Shown: piece by piece, positions 30,780-42,079 of the stretch
Position numbering within the stretch: position 1 is the stretch's first letter
How the letters are laid out: every line of letters starts with the position of its first letter
NCBI GenBank assembly: GCA_016927455.1
Contig: JAFGMQ010000009.1
Span: forward strand, 1-46,601
Source: Deltaproteobacteria bacterium
Lineage (GTDB): Bacteria; Desulfobacterota; DSM-4660; Desulfatiglandales; Desulfatiglandaceae
Length of the DNA stretch: 46,601 nt
Reading direction: 5' to 3'
The notes under the pieces: model-generated
Databases searched by the model: none
What the model was told of the DNA's origin: nothing
Seen by the model: the letters and a program-made list of their open reading frames with translations, nothing else
Program-made: the position numbers and the translations under genes

Positions 30780-31835
30780 TCAAATAATCAGCATGGCATC
30801 ACCATAGCTGTAAAAACGGTATTTTTTCTCAATGGCCCGGTTATATGCCTCCCTTGTAATTTCATTTCCCGCAAAAGCGGATACCAGAAAAAGTAATGAA
30901 CTCTTCGGCAGATGAAAGTTTGTTATCAAGGCATCCACTACCCTGAAAGAAAATCCGGGGGTCACAAGAAGACCGGTCTTCCCTTCACAAGGTCTAATCT
31001 TGCCATTACTGGCTGCCGCGGTCTCCAGTGCCCTGACAACCGTAGTGCCGACAGCAACCACCTTCCCGCCAAATTTTTTTGCATGTTCAATCGCCAAAGC
31101 TGCCTCAGTATCTATACTGTAAAATTCTTCACCGAGTAAATGTCTCCTGATATCCTTTGTCCTGACAGGACTGAAGGTTCCATATCCCACATGAAGGGTT
31201 AAAGAGGCGATGGAGATTTCTGCCTGTTTAAGTTTTTTAATTAATCCCTTTGTAAAATGAAGTCCTGCTGTTGGTGCTGCAACAGCCCCTCTATTTTTTG
31301 AAAAAACGGTTTGATATCGTTTCCTGTCAAGATTAGATAATGAATCAGATTTCTCTCTCCTGATATATGGCGGCAACGGCATGCGCCCCATTTTTTCAAG
31401 TGCTGAGTCTATGGATTCACTGCCCTTGAATAATATCCTAACGATTCCGCTTTCGAGTATCTCTTTGACCTCTCCTGAAATTCCAGCCTCAAAGGAAAGT
31501 TCAGTCCCAACTTGTGGACGCTTGGAGGATTTTACCAAACAGGACCGGATTGGCTGTCCATGGCTGGTTGAATCCGGATGCTCGAGTACCAGTATTTCAA
31601 TTTGACCCCCGCTTTTTTTTCTGCCAAAAAGTCTTGCAGGAACTACCCTGGTGTTGTTGACAATCAGAAGATCCCCAGGGGAAAGCAGATCAGGAAGATC
31701 AAAAAAATGCCTGTCCGAAAACGAACCCCTTTTACGGTCCACTATCAGCAAGCGTGAAACGTCCCTGCGTGAAGCTGGAACCTGCGCAATCAAGCTTGAC
31801 GGGAGTTCATAGTCATAATCGTCTATATCAAACAT
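30780..31835 (-). CDS. queA: S-adenosylmethionine:tRNA ribosyltransferase-isomerase
   Basis: DYDYELPSSLIAQVPASRRDVSRLL, AAPTAGLHFT, VGTTVVRALE, ITNFHLPKSSLL. Conserved queA-tgt-yajC-secDF order. Confidence 0.95.
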   Translation of the reverse strand: MFDIDDYDYELPSSLIAQVPASRRDVSRLLIVDRKRGSFSDRHFFDLPDLLSPGDLLIVNNTRVVPARLFGRKKSGGQIEILVLEHPDSTSHGQPIRSCLVKSSKRPQVGTELSFEAGISGEVKEILESGIVRILFKGSESIDSALEKMGRMPLPPYIRREKSDSLSNLDRKRYQTVFSKNRGAVAAPTAGLHFTKGLIKKLKQAEISIASLTLHVGYGTFSPVRTKDIRRHLLGEEFYSIDTEAALAIEHAKKFGGKVVAVGTTVVRALETAAASNGKIRPCEGKTGLLVTPGFSFRVVDALITNFHLPKSSLLFLVSAFAGNEITREAYNRAIEKKYRFYSYGDAMLII

Positions 31836-32300
31836 TCGTTTATTTTAAAACCTATAAGCTAAACAAGTGACTCTTTAAAGTCAAATGGTTTTCTGCAAAT
31901 TGCAGTTTTAGGCTGAGAATTAGGCAAACAATTGCATTTTTAAAAAATCATTTGATCAATTAACTTAAATACGCGATTGGAAAATCCTTTTTTCGGGATT
32001 ACTATATTTCTTATAAAGATTTGGGCGTCTTGAAAATTTTGAAGCATTTTTTGCCGGAAACGGGATAAAAAAAATAGCCCACAGGCATTATAAGGCTTTC
32101 AAGTGGCTCTTATGATTTTCTGAGATCGCAGGTTCGTATGATAGTAGCAAGCTGTAAATCTGTCAACCAATGACATTTTGATTATAGTTCTTGATCTATG
32201 AAAAAAGATCAGTTAGCCTAATATTTTGATTCAATATGGCAGGTGGAGTTTTTATGGGCCTGATCTATTATGCAAGTGGATTTACAATGTTGGAGCTGGT

Positions 32301-33422
32301 ATGAGTATCGAGCCTAATGGCGTTAGAATAGATTTGTCTGCCCTGGTTCATAACCTCAGTCAAGTGAGATCTTTGACGGGCAAAGGGACAAAAATCATGG
32401 CCATAGTTAAATCTGATGCCTATGGTCATGGCCTGCTCCCTGTGTCGCATACACTTGAACAGGCGAAAGTGGACTGCCTGGGGGTTGCTCATTTAGAGGA
32501 TGCGCTCGAACTGAGAAATGACGGAATAAAGTTGCCGATTATTATTCTATGCGGCATACAGACTGAAGAAGAATCGTCTGAGGTTGTTGAAAACAGGCTG
32601 ACCCCTGTCATTTTTGATATGAATGCGGCTGAAATACTGAATCAGGAGGGTAAAAAAAGGGGCAGGATTACCCCTGTTCATCTTAAGGTGGACACAGGCA
32701 TGGGCCGGCTCGGAATCTTGCCTGAAGATATTGAGCCATTTATACGAAAGGCTATGGGCCTTAAAAGCCTTAACATAGAGGCGCTGCTATCTCATTTGTC
32801 ATCAGCAGATGAATATTCAGGCGAATTTACTGGAAAGCAGATAGATTCCTTTAGAAAGGCAATTAGAGCCGGACGTTCTATGGGACTGACGCTTCCATTT
32901 AACAGCCTCGCCAGCAGCTCAGGTATTGTGGGCTATCCCGAGACTCATTTTGAGATGGTAAGGCCGGGCATTATGTTATATGGCACACTTTCATCGCCTA
33001 AGTATGCAAATCGGCTTCCACTTAAGCCAGTAATGACTTTCAGGGGTCGAGTACTGCAAATCAGGGATCTGCCGGATAAGACCCCTGTAAGTTATGGAAG
33101 AACTTACTATACAGAAGGTTCGCGTCGTATAGCAGTCCTTTCAGCCGGCTATGGAAATGGAATTCCAAGGAGTATCTCAAACCTGGGGAGCGTTATAATC
33201 AATAGCAGAAAAGCCCCGATAATAGGAACAGTCTGTATGGATCTGACCATGTGTGATATTACCGGGCTTGAAGATGTTAAGGCTGGTTCTGAAGTGATCT
33301 TTTTAGGTTCAGACGGAAAGGAAACCATTACAGGAGAAGACATTGCCAGATGGTCCGGTACAATATCCTACGAAGTGCTGTGTGCCATTGGGCATCAAAA
33401 TGCAAAGGAATACATCTCATGA
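32301..33422 (+). CDS. alr: alanine racemase
   Basis: PLP-lysine motif AIVKSDAYGHG, and the VSYGRTY and VCMDLTMCD motifs. The track start at 32226 is TTG. The ATG at 32301, preceded by GGAG at 32292-32295, gives a normal N-terminus (MSIEPNGVRIDLSAL). Confidence 0.9.
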   Translation: MSIEPNGVRIDLSALVHNLSQVRSLTGKGTKIMAIVKSDAYGHGLLPVSHTLEQAKVDCLGVAHLEDALELRNDGIKLPIIILCGIQTEEESSEVVENRLTPVIFDMNAAEILNQEGKKRGRITPVHLKVDTGMGRLGILPEDIEPFIRKAMGLKSLNIEALLSHLSSADEYSGEFTGKQIDSFRKAIRAGRSMGLTLPFNSLASSSGIVGYPETHFEMVRPGIMLYGTLSSPKYANRLPLKPVMTFRGRVLQIRDLPDKTPVSYGRTYYTEGSRRIAVLSAGYGNGIPRSISNLGSVIINSRKAPIIGTVCMDLTMCDITGLEDVKAGSEVIFLGSDGKETITGEDIARWSGTISYEVLCAIGHQNAKEYIS

Positions 33423-35095
33423 AAAGAGAGATAGATTATATATTAAGAACTACAATTGAGAACTGTTTTGAAAGGAATCTTCTTTCCAGGACAGACCTTC
33501 CCGGATATGTAATTGAAGTGCCAGGCAATCCGGATCATGGACATTTTGCTACCAATTTGCCATTGACGCTGGCGTCAGCTCAGAAACTCCCGCCGAGAAA
33601 AATCGCCCTTATAATAGCTGACAACCTTAAAGATGAAAGTAATCTCCTTGAAAAAATTGAGATCGCCGGCCCGGGGTTTCTAAACTTCAGGATAAGGCTC
33701 GGAAAATGGTATAGTGTTTTGTCTGATATAATTACTTCCGGAAAGGACTATGGCCGCAATAAAATCGGGGAGAATGAAAAAGTCGTAGTTGAATTTATAA
33801 GCGCTAATCCGACCGGCCCGCTTCATCTCGGACACGGCAGGGGGGCTGCTTTAGGAGACACTCTCTGCAGGATTCTTTCATTCTGCGGGTATGATGTTGT
33901 TCGAGAGTTCTACATAAATGATGCCGGACAGCAGATCAGGCTGCTTGGAGAATCAATTTTCAGCCGTTTAATGCAAATGAAAAACCCTGAATATCCGTTC
34001 CCGGAAAGCGGCTATCATGGAGAGTATATTCGGGATCTAGCCGAAGAAATTGCAGGGCAAATCAACCCTGATCTTATGCCCAAAGAAGAAGCCATTGAGA
34101 TGTGTTCACAAAAGGGCAAAGAAATCATGCTTGAGGATATTAAGCATGACCTTTCTGTTTTCAGGGTTTCATTTGATGTATGGTATAGTGAAAGTGACCT
34201 TTATGATTCCTCGAAACTGGATAATGATTTGGAAACCATGAAAGGGAACGGGCATCTTTATGAAGAGGATGGAGCCCTTTGGATTAGAACATCAGACTAC
34301 GGGGATGACAAGGATCGGGTTATTAAAAAGAAGGACGGCCAGTTCACCTATTTTGCTTCTGATATCTCCTACCATCTGGACAAGCACAAAAGAGGCTTCA
34401 GCAAAGCAATCAACATCTGGGGGGCTGATCATCATGGATATGTACCAAGGATAAAGGCAGCTCTTATGACTCACAGTGTTCCGGAAAATTGGCTTTCGGT
34501 AATGCTTATTCAGCTGGTAAAATTATGGAAAAGTGGTCAAGAGATAAAGATGTCAAAGAGGGCTGGAAATTTCGTAACACTGCAGGAACTGGTGGATGAG
34601 GTTGGTGTTGATGCTGTACGTTTTGTTTTTCTTACCAAAAATCATGATTCAACTCTTGATTTTGATATAGATATGGTAAAAAAACAGGACAGTGAAAATC
34701 CTGTTTATTATGTTCAGTACGCCCATGCGAGGATATGCAGTATCTTCAGGAAGGCTGAGGAAGAGGGAATAACCCTGCCTGACAACCTTGAAGGAATTCT
34801 GGAGCTGCTTGTGCTGGAGGAAGAGGTGACTCTTCTGAGAAAAATGGCCGAATTTCCATCCCTTTTGGAGGAAATCTCAAATACCCTCGAACCGCATCGG
34901 TTGACATATTATCTGACTGAACTGGCCTCATCCTTTCACCGGTACTTTAATCTGGGAACAAAAATTGCGGAAAACAGGATCATCTCTCAACATAAGGATT
35001 TAACCCGGGCAAGGTTGGCCCTGGCAGGGGCAGTAAGGATCGTTATATCGAACGGGCTCGAACTTCTGGGTATAAGCGCCCCTGAAAGGATGTAA
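33419..35095 (+). CDS. argS: arginine--tRNA ligase
   Basis: Class I motifs PTGPLHLGHGRGA (HIGH) and KMSKRAGN (KMSKS). The conserved N-terminus starts at MKREIDYIL (ATG 33419), which overlaps the alr stop (ATGA). The upstream part of the track ORF lies inside alr. Confidence 0.95.
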   Translation: MKREIDYILRTTIENCFERNLLSRTDLPGYVIEVPGNPDHGHFATNLPLTLASAQKLPPRKIALIIADNLKDESNLLEKIEIAGPGFLNFRIRLGKWYSVLSDIITSGKDYGRNKIGENEKVVVEFISANPTGPLHLGHGRGAALGDTLCRILSFCGYDVVREFYINDAGQQIRLLGESIFSRLMQMKNPEYPFPESGYHGEYIRDLAEEIAGQINPDLMPKEEAIEMCSQKGKEIMLEDIKHDLSVFRVSFDVWYSESDLYDSSKLDNDLETMKGNGHLYEEDGALWIRTSDYGDDKDRVIKKKDGQFTYFASDISYHLDKHKRGFSKAINIWGADHHGYVPRIKAALMTHSVPENWLSVMLIQLVKLWKSGQEIKMSKRAGNFVTLQELVDEVGVDAVRFVFLTKNHDSTLDFDIDMVKKQDSENPVYYVQYAHARICSIFRKAEEEGITLPDNLEGILELLVLEEEVTLLRKMAEFPSLLEEISNTLEPHRLTYYLTELASSFHRYFNLGTKIAENRIISQHKDLTRARLALAGAVRIVISNGLELLGISAPERM

Positions 35096-35110
35096 AAGGT
35101 CGGAGCAGAT

Positions 35111-35992
35111 ATGGCCAGTCCTGACCAAAAGACAGAAAAAAAAGGAAAAGGATTTCAGCTTGAATTTTCCCATGCATTTATATTTTTCGCTGGTCTTGGG
35201 CTGATTTTTCTTCTGGGCTGGATTTTTATCCTGGGAATCCTTGTCGGCCGAGGTTTTGTGCCGAAAGGAGTAAAAACATTATCAGAATTGAGAGTGCCAA
35301 TAACTAAATTTCAGGACATGGTAAGCCGAAAAGCCCCATTGCATGATGAATTAATAAATGAATCTGAAAAAGATCCTAAATTTGTATTTTATGATGAGCT
35401 TTCAAAAAAGAAGGAAGAAGTTTCAGAGACAAAACATCAGGCCAAAGACAAAAAAATTTTTCAACCAAAGGCTGAAATAAAACTTACGAAAGTTCCGCCT
35501 GAAGAAGCAGTGACACCCAGGGCAACAGAAGCAGAAAAGAAAGGCCGGTCAGTAATATCTGAAAAGCAGGGCTCGAGTCAGAAAGAAGAGACTGCAGTGC
35601 CTGAAAAAACGACTGTTGGGGAAATTCAACAATCCAAAGATAAAGATTTTATAAAAAAGAGCCAGCTGATAACTGCCGGAAGAACTGATAAAAAACCCAC
35701 AGCAAGAAAATCCGAGGATAATTTAGTAACAAAGCCAGGGCAACACCAGACTGAGTACCTTTATGCCCTTCAGATTGCCTCATTTGAAAGCGAAATTAAG
35801 GCGGCAGACATGGCTAATCGGCTTGAAAGCCTTGGTTACCCTGCCTATTTTTATAAGTCTTATATTAAAGGGAAGGCTTTTTATCGGGTAAGATGCGGTC
35901 CTTTCAAGAATGAAAAGGAAGCAGGGGATTTTAAGAAATTGCTGCACAAACGTGAAAATATAGAAAGTTTTATTTCCAAAATAGCAAAATAG
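35111..35992 (+). CDS. SPOR-domain (septal peptidoglycan-binding) membrane protein
   Basis: N-terminal TM helix (IFFAGLGLIFLLGWIFILGILVG), a long Lys/Glu-rich linker, and a C-terminal SPOR pattern YALQIASFESEIKAADMANRLESLGYPAYF...AFYRVRCGPFKNEKEAGDFKKLL. Confidence 0.75.
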   Translation: MASPDQKTEKKGKGFQLEFSHAFIFFAGLGLIFLLGWIFILGILVGRGFVPKGVKTLSELRVPITKFQDMVSRKAPLHDELINESEKDPKFVFYDELSKKKEEVSETKHQAKDKKIFQPKAEIKLTKVPPEEAVTPRATEAEKKGRSVISEKQGSSQKEETAVPEKTTVGEIQQSKDKDFIKKSQLITAGRTDKKPTARKSEDNLVTKPGQHQTEYLYALQIASFESEIKAADMANRLESLGYPAYFYKSYIKGKAFYRVRCGPFKNEKEAGDFKKLLHKRENIESFISKIAK

Positions 35993-36003
35993 AAGGGATT
36001 CAT

Positions 36004-36483
36004 ATGCACATCAGAAAGGCATTAATAGGTGACATAAAGGCGATTCACAAGCTGCTTAACCTCTATGCTGAGCAAGGAAGATTGCTGTCAAGGGCCTTGA
36101 GTGAACTCTATGATCACCTGAGGGACTATGTCGTACTCGAAGATGAGGATAAAGGGAATCTGATCTGCGGTGTGTGCGGTCTTTCAATATGCTGGGAGGA
36201 CCTGGCTGAGATAAGGTCTCTTGCGGTTTTAAAAGACATGCAGGGCAAAAGGTATGGATTTCAGCTTGTCACTGAATGTGTAAAAGAGGCACGAATGATA
36301 GGAATAAAAAAAGTATTCGCACTTACTTATGTTCCTGAATTCTTTGGCAAGTTAGGGTTCAGTGAGGTGGCGAAATCGATCCTTCCCCACAAAATCTGGG
36401 CCGACTGTTTGAAATGCCCTAAGTTTCCCGATTGTGATGAGACAGCCGTTATGCTTGATCTTCAGACTTCAGGGCACATATGA
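36004..36483 (+). CDS. GNAT-family N-acetyltransferase (ArgA-like, COG1246 type)
   Basis: 159 aa. Acetyl-CoA binding region AEIRSLAVLKDMQGKRYGFQLVTECVKEA (Q/RxxGxG/A-type). FFGKLGF near the C-terminus. Confidence 0.7.
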   Translation: MHIRKALIGDIKAIHKLLNLYAEQGRLLSRALSELYDHLRDYVVLEDEDKGNLICGVCGLSICWEDLAEIRSLAVLKDMQGKRYGFQLVTECVKEARMIGIKKVFALTYVPEFFGKLGFSEVAKSILPHKIWADCLKCPKFPDCDETAVMLDLQTSGHI

Positions 36484-36571
36484 ACAAATAGATATATGAT
36501 CTATCATATATGAATTATCATGATTGGTATTTAAAGTATCTGAAGGCCGCTGTACGCGGATGGAGGAAAAG

Positions 36572-36895
36572 ATGTTTGGCATAGGGATGCCTGAACTGAT
36601 TATCATACTGGTTATCGCCTTGATTGTAATCGGCCCGAGCAAACTTCCTGACTTGGCAAGGGCACTTGGTAAAGGAATGGCTGAATTTAAAAAGGCTGCT
36701 CATGATATAAAGGAAAGTCTGGATATAGATGAAGATGTCAAAAGGGCAAAAGACGATCTAATTGACTCTATCAGCGGTTTGGGTAATCCGGAAACTGAGA
36801 TTCCTTTGAAATCAGGTGAAGAGGAAAAAATGCAGAACAATCTTACTCCCAAAGAATCGGATGAACCCAAGGTTAAGAATGATAAAACCGTATAG
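36572..36895 (+). CDS. tatA: twin-arginine translocase TatA/TatE-family subunit (could act as TatB)
   Basis: [42 protein letters not shown] is the canonical TatA TM plus amphipathic helix. GGAGG at 36562-36566 precedes the ATG at 36572. The track start at 36524 adds a non-conserved extension. Confidence 0.85.
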   Translation: MFGIGMPELIIILVIALIVIGPSKLPDLARALGKGMAEFKKAAHDIKESLDIDEDVKRAKDDLIDSISGLGNPETEIPLKSGEEEKMQNNLTPKESDEPKVKNDKTV

Positions 36896-36916
36896 ATATA
36901 TAAATAAATAATATAA

Positions 36917-37687
36917 ATGCAATCAGAAAATAAACAACCTTTCCTCAGCCATCTGGAAGAACTGCGCAAAAGGCTTATTAGATGCGCTATAGCAGTAGGA
37001 ATCGGATTTTCTGTATCATATTTTTTTTCCGAAAGGCTTTTTGTTCTGCTGATTTCACCTCTTAATGAAGTTATGCCTGAAGGTGACCAGCTCATTTTTA
37101 CCAACCTGCCTGAGATGTTTATCACTTATATTAAAGTTGCTCTCATTTCAGGCACAATGCTTTCAGCGCCGGTGATATTCTATGAACTCTGGATGTTTAT
37201 TGCACCTGGACTTTATAGAAAAGAAAAGGCATTCGTAATCCCTTTTGTTTTAATTTCCAGCATATTATTTGCAGGAGGGGCACTCTTTGGTTTTTATTTG
37301 GTCTTTCCTTTTGGCTTCAAATTTTTTATTGGATTCTCAAACGAATATGTAAAGGCCCTTCCTTCTGTTAAGCAGTACTTTTCATTTTCAATTAAGCTTT
37401 TATTTGCATTTGGGCTTATTTTTGAACTTCCTGTAGTAATTTATTTCCTGACTAAAATGGGGCTCATCACTGCTGATTTTTTAAGACGAAAGCGCAAATA
37501 TTCAATACTATTGATATTCATTGCAGCATCTATCCTTACTCCCCCCGATGTAATAACACAAGTAATGATGGCCGGCCCATTAATTGTGCTTTATGAAATA
37601 GGGATTCTGGTTTCCAAATTTGCTGGAAGAAAAAAGGCTGAAAGTAATAAAGATATTACGACTGACGGCCCTGAGGCGGCAGGCTGA
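36917..37687 (+). CDS. tatC: twin-arginine translocase subunit TatC
   Basis: FLSHLEELRKRLI N-terminus, six TM segments, SPPDVITQ motif. Lies immediately downstream of tatA. Confidence 0.9.
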   Translation: MQSENKQPFLSHLEELRKRLIRCAIAVGIGFSVSYFFSERLFVLLISPLNEVMPEGDQLIFTNLPEMFITYIKVALISGTMLSAPVIFYELWMFIAPGLYRKEKAFVIPFVLISSILFAGGALFGFYLVFPFGFKFFIGFSNEYVKALPSVKQYFSFSIKLLFAFGLIFELPVVIYFLTKMGLITADFLRRKRKYSILLIFIAASILTPPDVITQVMMAGPLIVLYEIGILVSKFAGRKKAESNKDITTDGPEAAG

Positions 37688-37705
37688 ATTTTATAAGGCG
37701 TAATG

Positions 37706-39463
37706 TCAGTTGAGAAGCCTTGTTTTCTTTCCTGAAATGGTAAACAGAAAGACATCCTTTTCAACCTCACCACTTGAATTAAAAGCTGTCTTTCCTGTAA
37801 TGCCATGGAAATCCTTTAATGCAAATAGTGCCTGCTGAATGTCTTTCCTTGTTCGGCTGTTCCTTTCAGTCATTATCTCTTTTAAGATTCTTATCGTATC
37901 ATATCCTGCAGCTGCCAGGATTCCGGGAGTGGCGTCAAAACTGGCCTTATAATTTTCAATAAAATTAACAACGGAATATTCTTCGGAAAGTTGAGGGAAT
38001 CCCGATGAAAAGATAGCTCCCTGGACGTATTTTGATGCCATCTCTGACAATTCAGAAGGTTGCCAGAGGCTTGTTCCCAGCAGGTGGACATTGTGAACAT
38101 CGTGGAAGGCCAATTGAGGGGCTATCATAGTCACTCTCTGAAAATCATCGGGAATAAAGACTGCTTCAAAGTCTACAATAGGTTCAGGCTTTTCAGGATA
38201 GATTTCATTTTCTTCCTGCTCAGGAGTCCATCTTTCTCTAAGCATTTTTAAAACCGAATGGGGCCGCTTAAAGTAGAGTCCGGTCATCTTCTGAATCTGG
38301 TCAGCGAAATCAGTCTCATTGGAAGTGTAACTCTCTGCAGCAGTTACCTCGCCTCCCATTTTCTCCAATTGGTCCCAAAACAGGTTCATGAAGAATGTAC
38401 CGTATGAATTATCAGGATATAGTATTGCAAACCGCTTTATTCCCATTTCATTTACTGCATTATCTACAAGGACGCGAATCTCCTGTGAAGGCGTAAGAAA
38501 ATTGCGGAATACCATTTCTCCCTGTTCAACTATTCCCTCTTTCTGCGCAAGGATAATTACAGGGATACCATAAGTGTCGGCGCTTTTGCTTACTGCAGTT
38601 GCAGCTCTGCTTGAAAGAGGGCCGACTACAGCCATTACTTTTTCTTTTTCAACTAATTCTGCCAGACCCTTGAGAGCCTTTTCAGGTTCACCTTCTGTAT
38701 CTTTAATGACGATCTCTTTAACAGGATCGAACTTGAAATCGTCAGAAATCCCCATTCCAATCAGAATTCCATGCAATACCTCCTGCCCGTAGATTGCAAA
38801 AGGCCCGCTAAGTGGAAGCAAACAACCTATTACTCCTCGTCTCGTTGACATTGCCTGCTCAATACGTTCGAGCATCCGATTCCCGATCTCAATCCAGACG
38901 GGGTCCGAGGAGGATTGAATCAACGATATAGCCGCAATTTTTGCTTTTTGAAATTCTTCCTGTTCAAAAAAATCTACTGCAATTCTTTGATATATTTTGG
39001 GAATATACTCAGTGCCAATGGCATATCCCGCAAGCCGGTCAAGTACTTCCAGTTCACTTATTTCTATAAGTGTGTTCAGCTTTTCATTAAGCTGCTCCTG
39101 TTTCTGGATATTTTCTCTGACCTCCCTTTCTGTTCTGAGCCACCAATTAAATGCCTGAACACCGTCGCCCATGGCAAAAAAATTGTCACCTATCAATTCG
39201 AGGGCATCTGTTTTTAACGGATGCCCCGGATATTTTCCAAGCCATTTGAGCGCCTCGTCCTTGGAACGCTCATATTCACCTTTATTAAACAGGTCTCCTG
39301 CAAATCTTATCTGAATCTCAGGGCGTTCATAATCAGAAGGATACTCTTCAATCATCACCTTTTCTTTGACTGAAATTCCGGGGCCGCAGCCGGATAAAAA
39401 AATGGCTATCACCGCCAGAAGGTTTGTGATAGCCATTTTATAACCAGATAATCTGAATATCAC
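37706..39463 (-). CDS. lipoprotein with an N-terminal TPR-like helical domain and a type-I periplasmic-binding-protein domain (LpoA/LivK-like)
   Basis: Lipobox [11 protein letters not shown]. Helical repeats in the first ~200 aa. Then [27 protein letters not shown], typical of Leu/Ile/Val-binding-protein folds and of LpoA C-domains. The GTG start at 39463 overlaps the dnaK stop (GTGA) with GAGGAAG about 7 nt upstream. An alternative ATG lies at 39436. Confidence 0.6.
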   Translation of the reverse strand: MIFRLSGYKMAITNLLAVIAIFLSGCGPGISVKEKVMIEEYPSDYERPEIQIRFAGDLFNKGEYERSKDEALKWLGKYPGHPLKTDALELIGDNFFAMGDGVQAFNWWLRTEREVRENIQKQEQLNEKLNTLIEISELEVLDRLAGYAIGTEYIPKIYQRIAVDFFEQEEFQKAKIAAISLIQSSSDPVWIEIGNRMLERIEQAMSTRRGVIGCLLPLSGPFAIYGQEVLHGILIGMGISDDFKFDPVKEIVIKDTEGEPEKALKGLAELVEKEKVMAVVGPLSSRAATAVSKSADTYGIPVIILAQKEGIVEQGEMVFRNFLTPSQEIRVLVDNAVNEMGIKRFAILYPDNSYGTFFMNLFWDQLEKMGGEVTAAESYTSNETDFADQIQKMTGLYFKRPHSVLKMLRERWTPEQEENEIYPEKPEPIVDFEAVFIPDDFQRVTMIAPQLAFHDVHNVHLLGTSLWQPSELSEMASKYVQGAIFSSGFPQLSEEYSVVNFIENYKASFDATPGILAAAGYDTIRILKEIMTERNSRTRKDIQQALFALKDFHGITGKTAFNSSGEVEKDVFLFTISGKKTRLLN

Positions 39464-41367
39464 TTTTGAACTTCCTCAAAGTCCGCGTCAACCACATCCT
39501 CATCCCTGGATGATTCCGAAGCAGATCCGTCTCCACTGGAAGCAGCCTGGGTTTGTTCCTGTGTTGTCTTTGCATAAATTGCTTCTGCAAGTTTATGGGA
39601 TGCCTGAGTCAGTTCTTCGGTAAGTCTCTTTATCTCAGCGGCATCTTCTCCTTCCATTGCACTTTTCAAATTGGTAATTGCCTGATCAATGCCGCCCTTT
39701 GTTGTATCATCAAGCTTATCTCCCACCTCTTTAACTGATTTTTCGGTAGAATAAATCAATGAGTCGGCCATATTTTTTGCATCAATCAATTCTCTCTTTT
39801 TTTTGTCTTCTTCGGCATGCATCTCTGCATCTTTGACAAGTTTATTAATCTCTTCTTCACTCAGACCACTTGAGGCGGTAATCTCTATCGATTGTTCTTT
39901 CCCTGTTCCCATGTCTTTTGCGTTCACATGCACAATCCCGTTCGCATCAATATCAAAAGAAACTTCAATCTGCGGAATACCCCTTGGCGCAGGCGGGATG
40001 CCGACGAGCTGAAATCGCCCCAGGGTCTTATTATAAGCAGCCATCTCACGTTCTCCCTGCAGCACATGGATCTCAACGGCGGGTTGATTGTCCGCTGCAG
40101 TAGAAAAAATCTGGCTTTTCTTGGTAGGAATAGTTGTGTTTTTTTCAATCAGTTTGGTAAAGACACCACCCAGCGTTTCAATGCCCAGGGAAAGAGGTGT
40201 AACATCCAGAAGGAGAACATCTTTAACCTCGCCCTTCAATACGCCGCCCTGGATGGCTGCCCCAATTGCTACCACCTCATCGGGATTCACGCCCCTGTGA
40301 GGTTCTCTGCCAAAAATGGCCTTGACCTTTTCCTGCACTTTGGGCATTCTTGTCATACCACCAACCAAAATCACTTCATCTATTTCGCTCTGTTTGAGAC
40401 CTGCATCTTTGAGTGCCGTCTGGCAAGGGCCAACAACTTTATCAATCAGATCATCAACCAGGGCTTCCAGTTTAGCTCTTGTCAGCTTTATGTTAAGGTG
40501 TTTTGGTCCATTCGCATCTGCAGTAATAAAAGGAAGGTTGATATCGGTTTCCATTGAGCCGGACAGTTCTATTTTGGCCTTTTCGGCAGCTTCTTTCAGT
40601 CGCTGAAGGGCCATTTTATCATTTCTTAGATCAATTCCCTGGTCTTTTTTAAATTCGTTTGCCAGGTATTCAATTATACGAAGGTCAAAGTCCTCGCCGC
40701 CCAAATGTGTATCACCGTGAGTAGATTTGACCTCAAACACGCCATCACCCAGCTCAAGAATTGATATGTCAAATGTTCCTCCGCCGAGGTCAAAAACTGC
40801 AACCTTTTCATCCTTCTTTTTATCCAGTCCATAGGCAAGGGATGCTGCTGTAGGCTCATTAATAATCCTCTCAACAGTCAGACCCGCAATGCGGCCCGCA
40901 TCCTTTGTGGCCTGTCTCTGGCTGTCATTAAAATATGCAGGAACCGTTATTACTGCCTCAGTAACCTTTTCCCCAAGATAATTTTCAGCTGTTTCTTTCA
41001 TTTTCTTCAGAATCATGGCGGAAATCTCCGCGGGGCTGAAATCTTTTCCCCGGCATGAAACATGTGCATCGCCATTTGCCGCCTTGGTTATCTTGAAAGG
41101 AAGTATCTTGGTATCCTGCTGTACTATCGGGGAATCGAATTTTCTGCCGATCAGCCTTTTTACTCCAAAAACTGTGTTCTCGGGGTTGGTTATCGCCTGC
41201 CTTTTTGCAGTCTGTCCCACCAGTCTCTCACCGCTTTCAGTAAAGGCCACAGTAGAAGGGGTGGTCCTGCTTCCTTCGGTATTGGCAATAACAACTGGGT
41301 CGCCGCCTTCCATTATGGCGACACATGAATTGGTAGTCCCGAGATCAATACCTATAATTTTTCCCAT
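39460..41367 (-). CDS. dnaK: molecular chaperone DnaK (Hsp70)
   Basis: [37 protein letters not shown]. Full-length Hsp70 colinearity, 635 aa. Confidence 0.98.
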   Translation of the reverse strand: MGKIIGIDLGTTNSCVAIMEGGDPVVIANTEGSRTTPSTVAFTESGERLVGQTAKRQAITNPENTVFGVKRLIGRKFDSPIVQQDTKILPFKITKAANGDAHVSCRGKDFSPAEISAMILKKMKETAENYLGEKVTEAVITVPAYFNDSQRQATKDAGRIAGLTVERIINEPTAASLAYGLDKKKDEKVAVFDLGGGTFDISILELGDGVFEVKSTHGDTHLGGEDFDLRIIEYLANEFKKDQGIDLRNDKMALQRLKEAAEKAKIELSGSMETDINLPFITADANGPKHLNIKLTRAKLEALVDDLIDKVVGPCQTALKDAGLKQSEIDEVILVGGMTRMPKVQEKVKAIFGREPHRGVNPDEVVAIGAAIQGGVLKGEVKDVLLLDVTPLSLGIETLGGVFTKLIEKNTTIPTKKSQIFSTAADNQPAVEIHVLQGEREMAAYNKTLGRFQLVGIPPAPRGIPQIEVSFDIDANGIVHVNAKDMGTGKEQSIEITASSGLSEEEINKLVKDAEMHAEEDKKKRELIDAKNMADSLIYSTEKSVKEVGDKLDDTTKGGIDQAITNLKSAMEGEDAAEIKRLTEELTQASHKLAEAIYAKTTQEQTQAASSGDGSASESSRDEDVVDADFEEVQK

Positions 41368-41479
41368 ATTTTTGCCTCCTTAAATCCAGCTATTTTTGTA
41401 GGTTCTCTATATTTTTCAGGATCTGGTCATAAGGCTCAGAGTCTGAATGTGTTTAAAAAAGATAATGTGGATAGTAGAT

Positions 41480-42079
41480 TTACTCCCTGTTCCTGCTGAC
41501 AATTACAGTTGCAGGGCGCAGCAACCTCTGATTAAGGATATAGCCTTTTTTAAATTCATTAATAACCGTTCCTGGATTTACACTGCTGTCTTCCTGCTCT
41601 AAAACGGCTTCATGAAAATTAGGATCAAATGGCTCACCCATTGCTTTCACTTCTTCAAGGCCTGCCTTTTTAAGGGTATCCATTAGTGATTTCAGTGTCA
41701 GCTCAATACCTTCTCTCAGGGCATTATTTGTATTGTCATCCTTTGAATGTTCAATCGCCTTTTCCAGGCTGTCTATTCCAACCAGCAATTGCCTTATCAA
41801 AGACTCGTTTGAAAATTTTACCAATTCCTCTTTGTCTTTTTTATAGCGCTTCTTCAAATTGTCAATATCCGCCTGGGAGCGAATATAAAGATCGTAGTTT
41901 TTATCTGCCAGATTCTTAAGCTCATTCACCTTTTCAAGCAATTGCTCATTTGTCATTTTTTCCAACGGTATTTCCTGGTTTTTATCTCCTTGAACCGGCA
42001 ATGCTTCCAATTGCTCATCAGAATTTTCCCTGGCCTTTTCATCCATTTTTTCTTCAGCCGTAATATCTACCTTAACCAC
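41480..42079 (-). CDS. grpE: nucleotide exchange factor GrpE
   Basis: Acidic N-terminus and coiled coil with YLRSQADIDNLKKRYKKD. C-terminal FDPNFHEAV...GYILNQRLLRPATVIV. Lies upstream of dnaK. Confidence 0.9.
   Translation of the reverse strand: MVKVDITAEEKMDEKARENSDEQLEALPVQGDKNQEIPLEKMTNEQLLEKVNELKNLADKNYDLYIRSQADIDNLKKRYKKDKEELVKFSNESLIRQLLVGIDSLEKAIEHSKDDNTNNALREGIELTLKSLMDTLKKAGLEEVKAMGEPFDPNFHEAVLEQEDSSVNPGTVINEFKKGYILNQRLLRPATVIVSRNRE

Noticed and set aside
39892-40557. A 221-aa ORF, plus several 60-122-aa ORFs, antisense to dnaK.
   Set aside because: Long antisense open frames inside hsp70/dnaK are a well-known codon-bias artefact. The translation is Cys/Phe/Asn-rich with no recognisable domain and no SD. 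dnaK on the other strand is unambiguous.
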